64,000 nt of DNA from Candidatus Woesearchaeota archaeon. Its GTDB lineage: Archaea; Nanobdellota; Nanobdellia; SCGC-AAA011-G17; UBA489. Every line of letters starts with the position of its first letter. Positions within the stretch are counted from its first letter, which is position 1. Location of the stretch: positions 3,905 to 67,904 of the forward strand of contig CAYIXG010000001.1 of NCBI GenBank assembly GCA_964367375.1, written 5' to 3'. This document shows positions 9,104 to 17,301 of the stretch, piece after piece. The position numbers and the translations under genes were made by a program. The notes under the pieces were generated by a model. It was given only the letters and a program-made list of their open reading frames with translations, made no database searches and had not been told where the DNA came from.

Positions 9104-9111
9104 TTTTTTTT
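9104..9111 (+). terminator. Oligo-T (T8) archaeal terminator after the tRNA pair
   Basis: CTCTTTTTTTTAG immediately downstream of the tRNA 3' end. Confidence 0.4.
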
Positions 9112-9222
9112 AGAAAAATTCTACAGCCTACAGGATCATAAATAAACAGTGTTTGATTAATAATAAGGAAGAAGAAATAAGTAAATAGCATATAAAAATG
9201 AGGAATCTTTTTAAAGAGGATC

Positions 9223-9894
9223 ATGAATCTCAAGATAAAGGCGGGGATGATGCACATACAGCTTCATGATAAGAGGAATAATATCATCGCAGTCATTGTA
9301 TTAGTCATGCTTTTTATTGGTGCAATTGTACTTCTAATACAGTTTGGTCCTGAAGTTGCAAACATTCAAGGAGGGAAAAGAGAAGGATATACTGAACTGA
9401 CTGAGATAGATATGAGAGTAGTAAATGAGTTGCATGCAAATGAGCTCACAATACTCGGAATAAAACTAGGTGATACGGCAGAGGACGTGAAGAAGAGGAA
9501 AGGTAATCCGGATAAGATAGGGCAGAAGAATGATGGTTCTGAAAGATGGGAGTTTGGAGCAAGCATAGGCCTTGAAAAAACAGGGATGATACTTACTGTA
9601 AAGGATGGAAAAGTTGCAAGAATCATGCTTCTTCCATCGTTCAACAAGCTATTGAAAGGTGATCCCCTTCTGGGAGTGATGACAAAGAATGAAATGTATG
9701 CATGGCTGGGTGCTCCGGAAGAATTCTTTTTTCGGCAGGTGTCATCTTCAAGCGCGCGTGTGTATCGAGAATATCAGTATCAAGAAAAAGGATTCATTAT
9801 TAATATTTTGAGTGGTGATGTGGTAAGCGTTGGATTCACTTCTTACTTTGACGGGAAATCAGATTTAACGAGTGGTGTGCAGGTTACTTCGTAG
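9223..9894 (+). CDS. Hypothetical membrane-anchored protein
   Basis: 223 aa with one N-terminal TM helix (IIAVIVLVMLFIGAIVLLI) and a hydrophilic C-terminal domain. Confidence 0.35.
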   Translation: MNLKIKAGMMHIQLHDKRNNIIAVIVLVMLFIGAIVLLIQFGPEVANIQGGKREGYTELTEIDMRVVNELHANELTILGIKLGDTAEDVKKRKGNPDKIGQKNDGSERWEFGASIGLEKTGMILTVKDGKVARIMLLPSFNKLLKGDPLLGVMTKNEMYAWLGAPEEFFFRQVSSSSARVYREYQYQEKGFIINILSGDVVSVGFTSYFDGKSDLTSGVQVTS

Positions 9895-11374
9895 AAGATG
9901 CATGCTTTGGAAATAAATTTTCTACTGTACAAATGGGTTTTCCTGTGGGAAGGAGGCCAAATTTCACATCGTCATAATTGCCGCATCCAATAGCAAGGAA
10001 GGTGTTGATTTTGCCACTTGTTTCGGGAATAAAAGGGCTTAAGAGAATGCCAATGATTCTGATGGCATCAAGCACATTATACAAGACTTCATTCCGGTCT
10101 TTCGCGTTTTCCCAGGGTTTTCGTTCGTTGATATATTTATTTACCTCATGCACAAAATCCCAGATGGTTGCGAGCGCGTGGTGAAGTTCATATATTTTCA
10201 TGTGCTTCTCTATTTTTTTCAAGTTTAGTTTTTCAACCAGTTCGCCATCCGGCTCTCCTTCAGGAATTTTTCCTTGGCAATGCTTCACGACAAGGGATTG
10301 TGTTCTGCTAATCAAATTTCCTAAGTCGTTTGCAAGCTCGTTGTTCAATCTGTTTTTCAGTGCCTCTTCGTTGAAGTCGCCATCTTCATGAACAGGTATT
10401 TCTCGAATGAGGAAATAGCGGAGTGCATCGCTTCCATAGGTGTGGATGAGTGGAAAAGGGTCAATGCTTGTGCCTGTCGATTTTGAAACTTTTTTTCCAT
10501 TGACAGTTAAGTATCCATGAACAAGGATGGTTTTTGGAGGTTGAGCGTCAATGCCTAATAAAATTGCTGGCCAAATGACTGAATGGAACCAGTTGATGCC
10601 TTTTCCAATAACCTGGATGTTTGCAGGCCAGTATTTTTTGTATGCGTCACCATCAGGATATCCGAGAGCAGTGATATAATTGCTTAACGCATCGATCCAG
10701 ACGTAAATAGTATGTGTTTCATCTCCAGGCACTGGAATTCCCCATTGTGCATGCATTCTACTGACACACAAATCTTTCAATCCTTCAGTTTGCAAACGTT
10801 GCAGCATCTCTTTTCGTTTTCCTTCTGGAAAGACAAATTGTTTTGATTCAAGCAATGCATGTATCTTACTCTCATACTTGCTCATCTTGAAGAAATAGCT
10901 TTCTTGCTCAATCCATTCTGGTACTTTGTCATGCTCAGGACATTTTTTATTGACAAGGTCTTTTTCAGTGATATATGCCTCGCAGCCAGTGCAGTAGTAT
11001 CCTTTGTAGACTCCCTTGTAAATGTCTCCTTTGGAAAGAAGAGTGGTAAATATAGCTTGTGCGATTTTCACGTGCCTTTTTTCAGTTGTTTTAATAAAAT
11101 CATCATGAGAAATATGAAGCTCGGTGCAAAGCTGTTGAAAGATTTTTGAGTTTTGATTGACAAATGCTTGAGTAGGAATGCTAGCTGCTTGCGCTGCTTG
11201 CTCATTCTTTTGAGCATTCTCATCTGTGCCTGTGAGGAAGAAAACATCATCTCCCTTCAGGCGGTGCCATCGTGCAAGAACGTCTGCAATAACCTTCTCA
11301 TAGGCATGTCCAATATGGGGGCGAGCATTCACGTAGTCAATTGCTGTGGTGATATAGAAGGTTTTTGAAGGCAT
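9884..11374 (-). CDS. metG: Methionyl-tRNA synthetase
   Basis: Class I aaRS motifs HIGH (PHIGHAYE) and KMSKS (KVSKSTG), a connective peptide with CxxC, and a MetRS-specific anticodon-binding helical domain. Confidence 0.9.
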   Translation of the reverse strand: MPSKTFYITTAIDYVNARPHIGHAYEKVIADVLARWHRLKGDDVFFLTGTDENAQKNEQAAQAASIPTQAFVNQNSKIFQQLCTELHISHDDFIKTTEKRHVKIAQAIFTTLLSKGDIYKGVYKGYYCTGCEAYITEKDLVNKKCPEHDKVPEWIEQESYFFKMSKYESKIHALLESKQFVFPEGKRKEMLQRLQTEGLKDLCVSRMHAQWGIPVPGDETHTIYVWIDALSNYITALGYPDGDAYKKYWPANIQVIGKGINWFHSVIWPAILLGIDAQPPKTILVHGYLTVNGKKVSKSTGTSIDPFPLIHTYGSDALRYFLIREIPVHEDGDFNEEALKNRLNNELANDLGNLISRTQSLVVKHCQGKIPEGEPDGELVEKLNLKKIEKHMKIYELHHALATIWDFVHEVNKYINERKPWENAKDRNEVLYNVLDAIRIIGILLSPFIPETSGKINTFLAIGCGNYDDVKFGLLPTGKPICTVENLFPKHASSTK

Positions 11375-11458
11375 AATGTCATGTGAAAGAGAATACTTTA
11401 TATCTTTTTCTCTGGAAGCAAAACGTTAAAAAAGAACGGTTCTTCAGTAAGAAGCCGT

Positions 11459-11531
11459 GCGGTAGTAGTCCAACCTGGCAAGACACGACCTTCCCACGGT
11501 CGCGATGCGGGTTCAAATCCCGCCTGCCGCG
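11459..11531 (+). tRNA. tRNA-Gly(CCC)
   Basis: GCGGTAG-TA-GTCC-AACCTGGCA-AGAC-A-CGACC-TTCCCAC-GGTCG-CGAT-GCGGG-TTCAAAT-CCCGC-CTGCCGC-G. The acceptor has one G-U pair. Confidence 0.7.
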
Positions 11532-11535
11532 CTTC

Positions 11536-11607
11536 GGGCCCGTAGTCTATCGGCATGACGCCACCTTCACACGGTGGAGGTAGCAAGTTCAATTCTTGCC
11601 GGGCCCA
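11536..11607 (+). tRNA. tRNA-Val(CAC)
   Basis: GGGCCCG-TA-GTCT-ATCGGCA-TGAC-G-CCACC-TTCACAC-GGTGG-AGGTA-GCAAG-TTCAATT-CTTGC-CGGGCCC-A. Lies 4 nt after tRNA-Gly. Confidence 0.75.
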
Positions 11608-11683
11608 TTCTTTTTCGAAAGAGGCGAAAGAGTTTTGGTTAGTAAGAAGAAAAATCTAATAAGAATTGTAGTTCTACAACGTT

Positions 11684-11881
11684 ATGGAACCAAATAAAAT
11701 GAACACGGTAGCTACAGCAGTGATAGCATTTACGGCAATTTCTGGTCTGATGGTAGGCTTATATTTTAATCTAAAAATGATAAATAGTAAGATGATACAC
11801 ATCCTTATATCAGAATCTTTATTAATAGTGATAATCTATCTTTTTATATGGTGGATTTTGGTGAAAGTGAAAAATGAATAA
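11684..11881 (+). CDS. Small hydrophobic ORF in an AT-rich stretch (doubtful)
   Basis: 65 aa with two predicted TM helices. A second 32-aa hydrophobic ORF follows at 11877-11975. The local GC is ~30%. Confidence 0.2.
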   Translation: MEPNKMNTVATAVIAFTAISGLMVGLYFNLKMINSKMIHILISESLLIVIIYLFIWWILVKVKNE

Positions 11882-12080
11882 AGTCATAGAATGGTTAAAA
11901 AATAATTGGCAAATTATCCTAGTAATAATTTTGGTTCTGTACCTAATCACAAGACTTCAGGTACCTACGTAATGTATGTTTTTTTAAATATATAAACTAA
12001 GGTACTTGTATTCTTGTAAGCAGATAACCACTATCAAAGAAGTACTCACGCCAGCTGATTTAAGATTGTAATTGTCGGAA

Positions 12081-13382
12081 TTATTTCTTTCCTAAACTTT
12101 TCAGCCATCGTAAGAATGCGTTGAAGAATCCTGGCTCGACGCATACTTCTCCTTTGCAGAGATTGGTAGAACATTCAAAGTTGTTGCTGCATGAGCTATC
12201 AACAGGGAGTTGTTCAAGGACGTCTCCTTCGAGAGAACAGAATGTTGTTTCTTTCCGTGTGCCTACAGTCAAACACGCGTAATTATTTTCTGTGTCGTAG
12301 CATCCTTCGCAAGGATCAAGGCACATGTTATATTTTTCTGGACAAGAATTGGAGACACATTCAAAATCGTTTTTGCATGTTTGTGTTTTTTCTTTTTGTG
12401 CAGCAAATTGGTTGTCAAGCCCGCAGTAGTAGCCGTTTTCCCGATATGCAAAGGGAACACATCTGTTATCTGCAGTCATGCATCCACTGCATCCTTGTGT
12501 TCCAAGGGTGTATGAAATGCCTGGTGTATTGATACAATTGGCTTCAACGACAGCACTTCCCATGCCGCGGCAGGTGAACTGCCAGTTTGTGAAGGGAGCT
12601 GTACTTCCTAAACCTCCATAGCCACTTAACGGCGGCCTATTTTCGTATCCTGTGGATCCTGCTTCATTGCAGCCACCTTGTCCTCCAAGTGCTATTTCTC
12701 CACTACCACAAGATGCGATTGCGCTGTACGGTTCATACACTTCTGGAGTGTATTGCTGTTTTTGTTCAAAGATGTGGTGCAGAATGGTTGTTTCTTTTGG
12801 CACGCAAAATGCCTCGACTTCTGCTTTTCCTTCTCCCGCGCATCCTGCCATCCACCCTTGCAATTCATAATAGCCGTATCCTGTTGAGGTGCCGATGCGT
12901 TGGATGCCATTAGATACAGTCATGACAATTGCATTGTTTCCTGCTGGAATGCAGCGTGCTTGTCCTCCGATGGCAATTTCATTGGTGTTGCAGTTGGATT
13001 CTGCAAAGTAGGAGTTGTCATATCTTCCAGGGTTTGTGGAGGGGGTGCGAATGCCTGCTGTTGATGGCACTGTTCCTGAAGTTGCAACGCGATAGGAGAG
13101 TGAAGATCGTGGTGCACATAATGCCTGCACAAGTGCAACGCCGTCTCCAGTGCAAGTGACTTCCCATCCTTTTCCTCCAGGGAGGGATGTGCTTGATTGG
13201 AGCACTGCTCCTTGTGCTGTTTGTGTTCCTAATTGTCTGCATTCGACAGTTGCTCCGATTGCTATTTCATCTGATTCACAGAGGGATTGTGCGGTGAAAA
13301 TTTGTGCGGAAACAATGGCACTAAAAAGAACAATAAAAATGCTTATAGTAGAGAGGATTAATTTCATAAAATAAAGAATCAA
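12081..13382 (-). CDS. Secreted Cys-rich repeat protein (three ~85-aa CxxxEIA(I/L)GG repeats plus EGF-like C-terminal Cys knots)
   Basis: Signal peptide, then repeats SLCESDEIAIGATVEC / SNCNTNEIAIGGQARC / ASCGSGEIALGGQGGC. Each repeat ends ...(A/F)(L/F)C(A/V/I)(P/N), and a tail carries ~20 Cys. Confidence 0.5.
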   Translation of the reverse strand: MILYFMKLILSTISIFIVLFSAIVSAQIFTAQSLCESDEIAIGATVECRQLGTQTAQGAVLQSSTSLPGGKGWEVTCTGDGVALVQALCAPRSSLSYRVATSGTVPSTAGIRTPSTNPGRYDNSYFAESNCNTNEIAIGGQARCIPAGNNAIVMTVSNGIQRIGTSTGYGYYELQGWMAGCAGEGKAEVEAFCVPKETTILHHIFEQKQQYTPEVYEPYSAIASCGSGEIALGGQGGCNEAGSTGYENRPPLSGYGGLGSTAPFTNWQFTCRGMGSAVVEANCINTPGISYTLGTQGCSGCMTADNRCVPFAYRENGYYCGLDNQFAAQKEKTQTCKNDFECVSNSCPEKYNMCLDPCEGCYDTENNYACLTVGTRKETTFCSLEGDVLEQLPVDSSCSNNFECSTNLCKGEVCVEPGFFNAFLRWLKSLGKK

Positions 13383-13412
13383 AGAGGGTTTATTAAAGTA
13401 GTGGTGAGAGAA

Positions 13413-14339
13413 TTAAACGTCAACTTCTTTTGGAAGTGCAAAGGTCATGTCTTCAGTGGTAGTAGTAAGTGTTTCAACAGCAGCATGTGGGTATCTCAAT
13501 TTCAAGGCATCAATTGTTTCTTGGACTGCTGCTTCTAATGCAGATGCGCCTGCAGTGATTCCAATAATATGCACTTCATCCATCCAATGATAATCAATGG
13601 CAGTTGCATCAGGAATGAGATGTGCCTGAACGCCTCTATTGATTGCAGTTTCCACTAATCTGTTGGAGTTTGAGCTGGTAGTATCTCCAAGCACGAGGAT
13701 AAGTTGTGCGCGTTCTGCAAGTGCCTTGACAGAATCTTGCCTGTTTTGGGTTGCGTAGCAAATGTCATCAGTGCGGGGTGCACGAATGTTTGGAAACCGT
13801 CTGCAAAGTGCTGCAATAATGTTTCTTGTATCATCAACAGAGAGGGTTGTTTGAGTTAAATACGCAACCTTATCATGATTTGGAAGAGTAACTTTTTCAG
13901 CGTCAGCAACTGTTTCAATGAGAATCATAGGTGCATACCCCATGGTGCCGATAACTTCTTGGTGTTTTTTATGGCCAATAAGAAGAAGAGAATATCCATC
14001 GCGGTTGTAGCGAAGCGCTTCTAAGTGCACTTTTGTCACGAGAGGGCATGTTGCATCAATCATTTTGAGTTCGCGTGCTGCTGCTTCCTCTTTGACATTG
14101 GGGGAAGTGCCGTGTGCGCTGAAGATGATAAGGTTGCCAGCAGGTACTTGACCAAGAGTATCAACAAAAACAGCTCCTTTCTGTTCAAGCTCATGAATGA
14201 CTCGCTCATTATGAACTATGTGGTGTCGTACATACACAGGTGTTCCATAAATCGTGAGTGCGCGTTCAACAGTTTCAACTGCTCGTTCCACTCCTGCGCA
14301 GAATCCTCTGGGTTCTGCAAGCAATATTTTCTCAACCAT
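13413..14339 (-). CDS. ispH: 4-hydroxy-3-methylbut-2-enyl diphosphate reductase (IspH/LytB)
   Basis: Full-length 308 aa. PRGFCAGVERAV, SAHG, ATCPLVTKVH and TTSSNSNRL match the IspH core, and the three Fe-S Cys ligands are in the conserved positions. Confidence 0.85.
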   Translation of the reverse strand: MVEKILLAEPRGFCAGVERAVETVERALTIYGTPVYVRHHIVHNERVIHELEQKGAVFVDTLGQVPAGNLIIFSAHGTSPNVKEEAAARELKMIDATCPLVTKVHLEALRYNRDGYSLLLIGHKKHQEVIGTMGYAPMILIETVADAEKVTLPNHDKVAYLTQTTLSVDDTRNIIAALCRRFPNIRAPRTDDICYATQNRQDSVKALAERAQLILVLGDTTSSNSNRLVETAINRGVQAHLIPDATAIDYHWMDEVHIIGITAGASALEAAVQETIDALKLRYPHAAVETLTTTTEDMTFALPKEVDV

Positions 14340-14382
14340 AATAAATGAAACAAATGAGTAAGATTTTTAAAAGTAGTGAAAG

Positions 14383-14457
14383 CGCTCCCGACGAGATTTG
14401 AACTCGTGTTCCAAGCTCGAGAAGCTCGTGTCCTAGACCGGACTAGACGACGGGAGC
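14383..14457 (-). tRNA. tRNA-Glu(CUC)
   Basis: Revcomp GCTCCCG-TC-GTCT-AGTCCGGTCTA-GGAC-A-CGAGC-TTCTCGA-GCTTG-GAAC-ACGAG-TTCAAAT-CTCGT-CGGGAGC-G. Confidence 0.75.
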
Positions 14458-14510
14458 ATGGTCTTTAATCTCTAAAAGATGTTTAAAAAAGTATTGGAAC
14501 AAAGCACTCT

Positions 14511-14942
14511 TTATTCGCAAATAAACTCACATTTGGTGTTGGTTAAAACTCCGTCTTTTGTTGTTTGAACATTAATTCCGGGAAAAGGAAGGTTACTAGG
14601 GATCTTTTTAGAAACAGGATCACAAGGGCCTTTACATTCTATGGTACAAACAACTTTCCCTTTATGTCCTCCTGGACAGGTATAAGGTGTTGTTTCAGTA
14701 TATGGTTTTGATCCAGCAATAACACAATCACATGCAATACCTGTAGGTGCTGGTCCTACACGTTGGAGAGGTTGCGGTGCTGGTCGTGTGCTGGGTTGAG
14801 TGGTGGTAACTTGTTGTCCGGTAATAAAATCTGAATAATAATTTGAGGTGAAAGAAGCTGTAGGGTTAAGGAATGATAAGAAAAATGCGAGAACAATAAG
14901 TGTAATAATAAGCACAAAATGGTGATACCCTCTTTTTTCCAT
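14511..14942 (-). CDS. Small secreted Cys-rich protein
   Basis: 143 aa with a signal/anchor helix, then a Pro/Thr linker and 8 Cys (CDCVIAG...CPGGHKGKVVCTIECKGPCD...CEFIC). Confidence 0.35.
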   Translation of the reverse strand: MEKRGYHHFVLIITLIVLAFFLSFLNPTASFTSNYYSDFITGQQVTTTQPSTRPAPQPLQRVGPAPTGIACDCVIAGSKPYTETTPYTCPGGHKGKVVCTIECKGPCDPVSKKIPSNLPFPGINVQTTKDGVLTNTKCEFICE

Positions 14943-14984
14943 ACTCTTTCTTTTATATTGAAGTATTTAAATATTATGAAAAAG

Positions 14985-15086
14985 TAGCCCCGGGAGGATT
15001 TGAACCTCCGTCAGCGGAGCCAGAGTCCGCTATCCTTGGTCCATTAACCGTTTGGAGCTAATGTTAGACCGCTAGACTACGGGGCT
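14985..15086 (-). tRNA. tRNA-Gln(CUG) with a probable ~29-nt non-canonical intron in the D-loop
   Basis: Revcomp AGCCCCG-TA-GTCT-[agcggtctaacattagctccaaacggttaatggaccaa]-GGAT-A-GCGGA-CTCTGGC-TCCGC-TGAC-GGAGG-TTCAAAT-CCTCC-CGGGGCT-A. A1:U72 with A73 (the archaeal Gln signature), a perfect anticodon arm, and the extra sequence located between the D-stem halves. Confidence 0.5.
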
Positions 15087-15148
15087 ATGTGACTGAAGGG
15101 GAACAGCAAACGTTAATAAACATTTCTCACAAGTGAAGAGGGGTTGCA

Positions 15149-15454
15149 ATGATCATTATATACACAACATGCAAGGATAAGAAAGAGGCGGAGAAGATTT
15201 CTACTCGTTTGTTGAAGAAGAGGCTGTGCGCGTGCACGAATATCTTTCCTATTGCTTCAATGTACTGGTGGGAGGGAAGCCTGGTGAAGGGAAAGGAATG
15301 GGCAGTATGGATAAAGACGAAAAAAGGAAAATTTAATGAAGTGAGTAGAGAGATTAAAAAAGTGCATTCATATAAGACACCATGTATCCTGTCTTTTGCA
15401 GTGAAGCATAAAGATAGTAAATATCACGCGTGGTTACAAGGAGAAGTGAAATGA
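15149..15454 (+). CDS. cutA: Divalent-cation tolerance protein CutA
   Basis: 101 aa; MIIIYTTCKDKKEAEKISTRLLKKRLCACTNIFP...SMYWWEG matches the CutA1 family pattern. Confidence 0.7.
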   Translation: MIIIYTTCKDKKEAEKISTRLLKKRLCACTNIFPIASMYWWEGSLVKGKEWAVWIKTKKGKFNEVSREIKKVHSYKTPCILSFAVKHKDSKYHAWLQGEVK

Positions 15455-15867
15455 CATTGCAAGAGCCGACATCAATGGATGAGTGTGTCTATTTTACAAA
15501 CCGTTCTATTGGGAAGGGAAAGGCAAGGATGTGGGTCTTTCGGGAGAAATGCCCGAAGTGTGGTCAAGCATTGATGGGAAAGCCTCGGGATCCGAAAACA
15601 GGAAAGCCAAAGATTCGTGCAAAAGAGTATGTATGTCCATCGTGTCACTACACTGTTGAAAAAGAGGCGTATGAAGACACATTGACAGCGAATGTGCAAT
15701 ATACTTGTCCGTATTGTGCTTTGCAAGGAGAAATACAAGTGTCATTTAATCGGAGGAAGGTGCAGCGCGTTGATGAGGAGTTGCAGAAAAAAGCCACTGT
15801 GGATGCGTTGCGCTTTACATGTGGGAAATGTGGGAAGAATATTGACGTGACGAAGAAGATGAAGTAA
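15451..15867 (+). CDS. Zinc-ribbon protein (two CxxC...CxxC modules)
   Basis: CPKCGQ-(x21)-CPSCHY and CPYCAL-(x23)-CGKCGKN. The start overlaps the cutA stop. Confidence 0.4.
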   Translation: MTLQEPTSMDECVYFTNRSIGKGKARMWVFREKCPKCGQALMGKPRDPKTGKPKIRAKEYVCPSCHYTVEKEAYEDTLTANVQYTCPYCALQGEIQVSFNRRKVQRVDEELQKKATVDALRFTCGKCGKNIDVTKKMK

Positions 15868-15869
15868 TA

Positions 15870-16079
15870 TTATTCTTTTGACGCAAGTTTCACGTCTGCC
15901 CCTTTCACGGTTTTTCTGCCGGAGTGTTGTGCAAACTTGATTGCCTTCACACCAAGTCCTGCAGCGACTTCTTCAAGGTATTCTCTGAGGGCGTCTTTCG
16001 CGTCCTCGCTAACCCTGCCAGCTCCTGCTTTTTTCAGGAGTTTTTCCATGGCTGCCAAAGGCAGAATAGTGCGTGTCAT
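15870..16079 (-). CDS. Archaeal histone (HMf/HTa family)
   Basis: 69 aa; LPLAAMEKLLKKAGAGRVSEDAKDALREYLEEVAAGLGVKAIKFAQHSGRKTVKGADVKLA aligns along the whole length with the HMfB histone fold. Confidence 0.85.
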   Translation of the reverse strand: MTRTILPLAAMEKLLKKAGAGRVSEDAKDALREYLEEVAAGLGVKAIKFAQHSGRKTVKGADVKLASKE

Positions 16080-16124
16080 GGTAAAGAGCGTACGATTTAT
16101 TGATGAATGGGGAAAATAAGTTTG

Positions 16125-16139
16125 TTTATAAACTTTCTG
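16125..16139 (-). promoter_or_regulatory. BRE/TATA promoter of the histone gene
   Basis: On the minus strand, CAGAAAG-TTTATAAA lies ~45 nt upstream of the histone ATG. Confidence 0.35.
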
Positions 16140-16374
16140 CTTGAACAGGGTGTTCTTTCATAGAGAGGGAGAGAAGGGAAGAACGTGAGGAGGAAAAAAG
16201 AATGGAAAACCACAATCTTTAAAAACTAGTAATAGGCCTGCTATGTTACCCTTTACTGAACAATATGGCTCTGCCATATAATAAGCCAAAACAGCCGCTG
16301 ATTCTCAGCGAATACCGCCTAAGAGGGTGGTGTAGCACACGAAAAATGAGACACACATGAATAACTGGTAAGAC

Positions 16375-17301
16375 ATGGCAGGTGCAAACAGACTGAATTG
16401 GCCGCGAAGGGGAAGTATGCAATTTTGGCCCAGAAAGAGGTCTCGTCGCCCGTATCCCTGGGTGAGGTCATGGGCACTAGTTGCGCAGCCGAAGCTTCTG
16501 GGTTTTATTGGGTATAAGGCAGGAATGACGCACATTCTGTATAATGAGACTCGTTCAAATGCGCGGTTCAAGGGTGAAAAGGTGATGATGCCGGTAACTA
16601 TTCTTGAGTGTCCTCCGATAACTCCTCGTTCTCTCCGTTTTTATAAAAAAACAGTGTATGGCTTGCATCTGGTGGGTGAAGTATATCCTGAAAAAGGAAA
16701 AAAGCAGGGAAAGAAGCCTGATGTGTTTGATGAAGTTCGTTTGGTTATTGAAACAAACCCTGAAAAGACGGGGATTGGTAAAAAAGTTCCTGATGTGATG
16801 GAAATAACAGTTTCTGGTTCAAATAATGATGAAAAGGTTAAATATGCTTTAGATTTAATAAATAAGGATATAAAAGTCTCTGAAGTTGTTAAAGAGGGTC
16901 AATTTGTGGATGTGCATGGAGTAACAAAAGGAAAGGGGTATCAAGGAACAGTCAAGCGATATGGAGTGAAGATTCGCCAGCACAAATCAGAGAAAGTCAA
17001 GAGGGGCGTCGGTACATTAGGTCCATGGACGCCAAAGAAAGTTTCCTATCGTGTTCCACAGCCAGGAAAGATGGGATATCATGCACGAACAGAATATAAT
17101 AAGCAAGTGATCAAGATAAGTGCAAATCCCGAGGAGATTAATCCAAAGTCTGGATTGATCAAATATGGAAATGTCAAGAATGAGTATCTTCTGATTAAAG
17201 GGTCGCTTCCCGGTTCGCGAAAAAGGCCTCTTATAGTAACTGAATGTATTCGTCCATTGCACAAACCAGAGCAGAAGGAGATTATCTATATTCACAAATG
17301 A
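16375..17301 (+). CDS. rpl3: 50S ribosomal protein L3
   Basis: WPRRGSMQFWPRKRS N-terminus and FKGEKVMMPVTILE...GKGYQGTVKRYGVK core. Confidence 0.9.
   Translation: MAGANRLNWPRRGSMQFWPRKRSRRPYPWVRSWALVAQPKLLGFIGYKAGMTHILYNETRSNARFKGEKVMMPVTILECPPITPRSLRFYKKTVYGLHLVGEVYPEKGKKQGKKPDVFDEVRLVIETNPEKTGIGKKVPDVMEITVSGSNNDEKVKYALDLINKDIKVSEVVKEGQFVDVHGVTKGKGYQGTVKRYGVKIRQHKSEKVKRGVGTLGPWTPKKVSYRVPQPGKMGYHARTEYNKQVIKISANPEEINPKSGLIKYGNVKNEYLLIKGSLPGSRKRPLIVTECIRPLHKPEQKEIIYIHK

Noticed and set aside
14985-15086. Reading this tRNA as tRNA-Trp(CCA) with a canonical anticodon-loop intron, via the CTCCAAA heptamer
   Set aside because: This would require an unpaired D-stem (GTCT vs CTAA) and leave a 10-nt anticodon loop. 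The Gln(CUG) fold gives perfect anticodon and T arms, a G-U-containing but complete D-stem, and the archaeal Gln identity elements A1:U72 and A73.
16140-16374. Possible small ncRNA or leader peptide in the 300-nt region between the histone gene and rpl3
   Set aside because: Only a 30-codon ORF and weak C/D-box-like words (CTGA, ATGAGA) were seen, with no convincing structure. It more likely just holds the divergent promoters.
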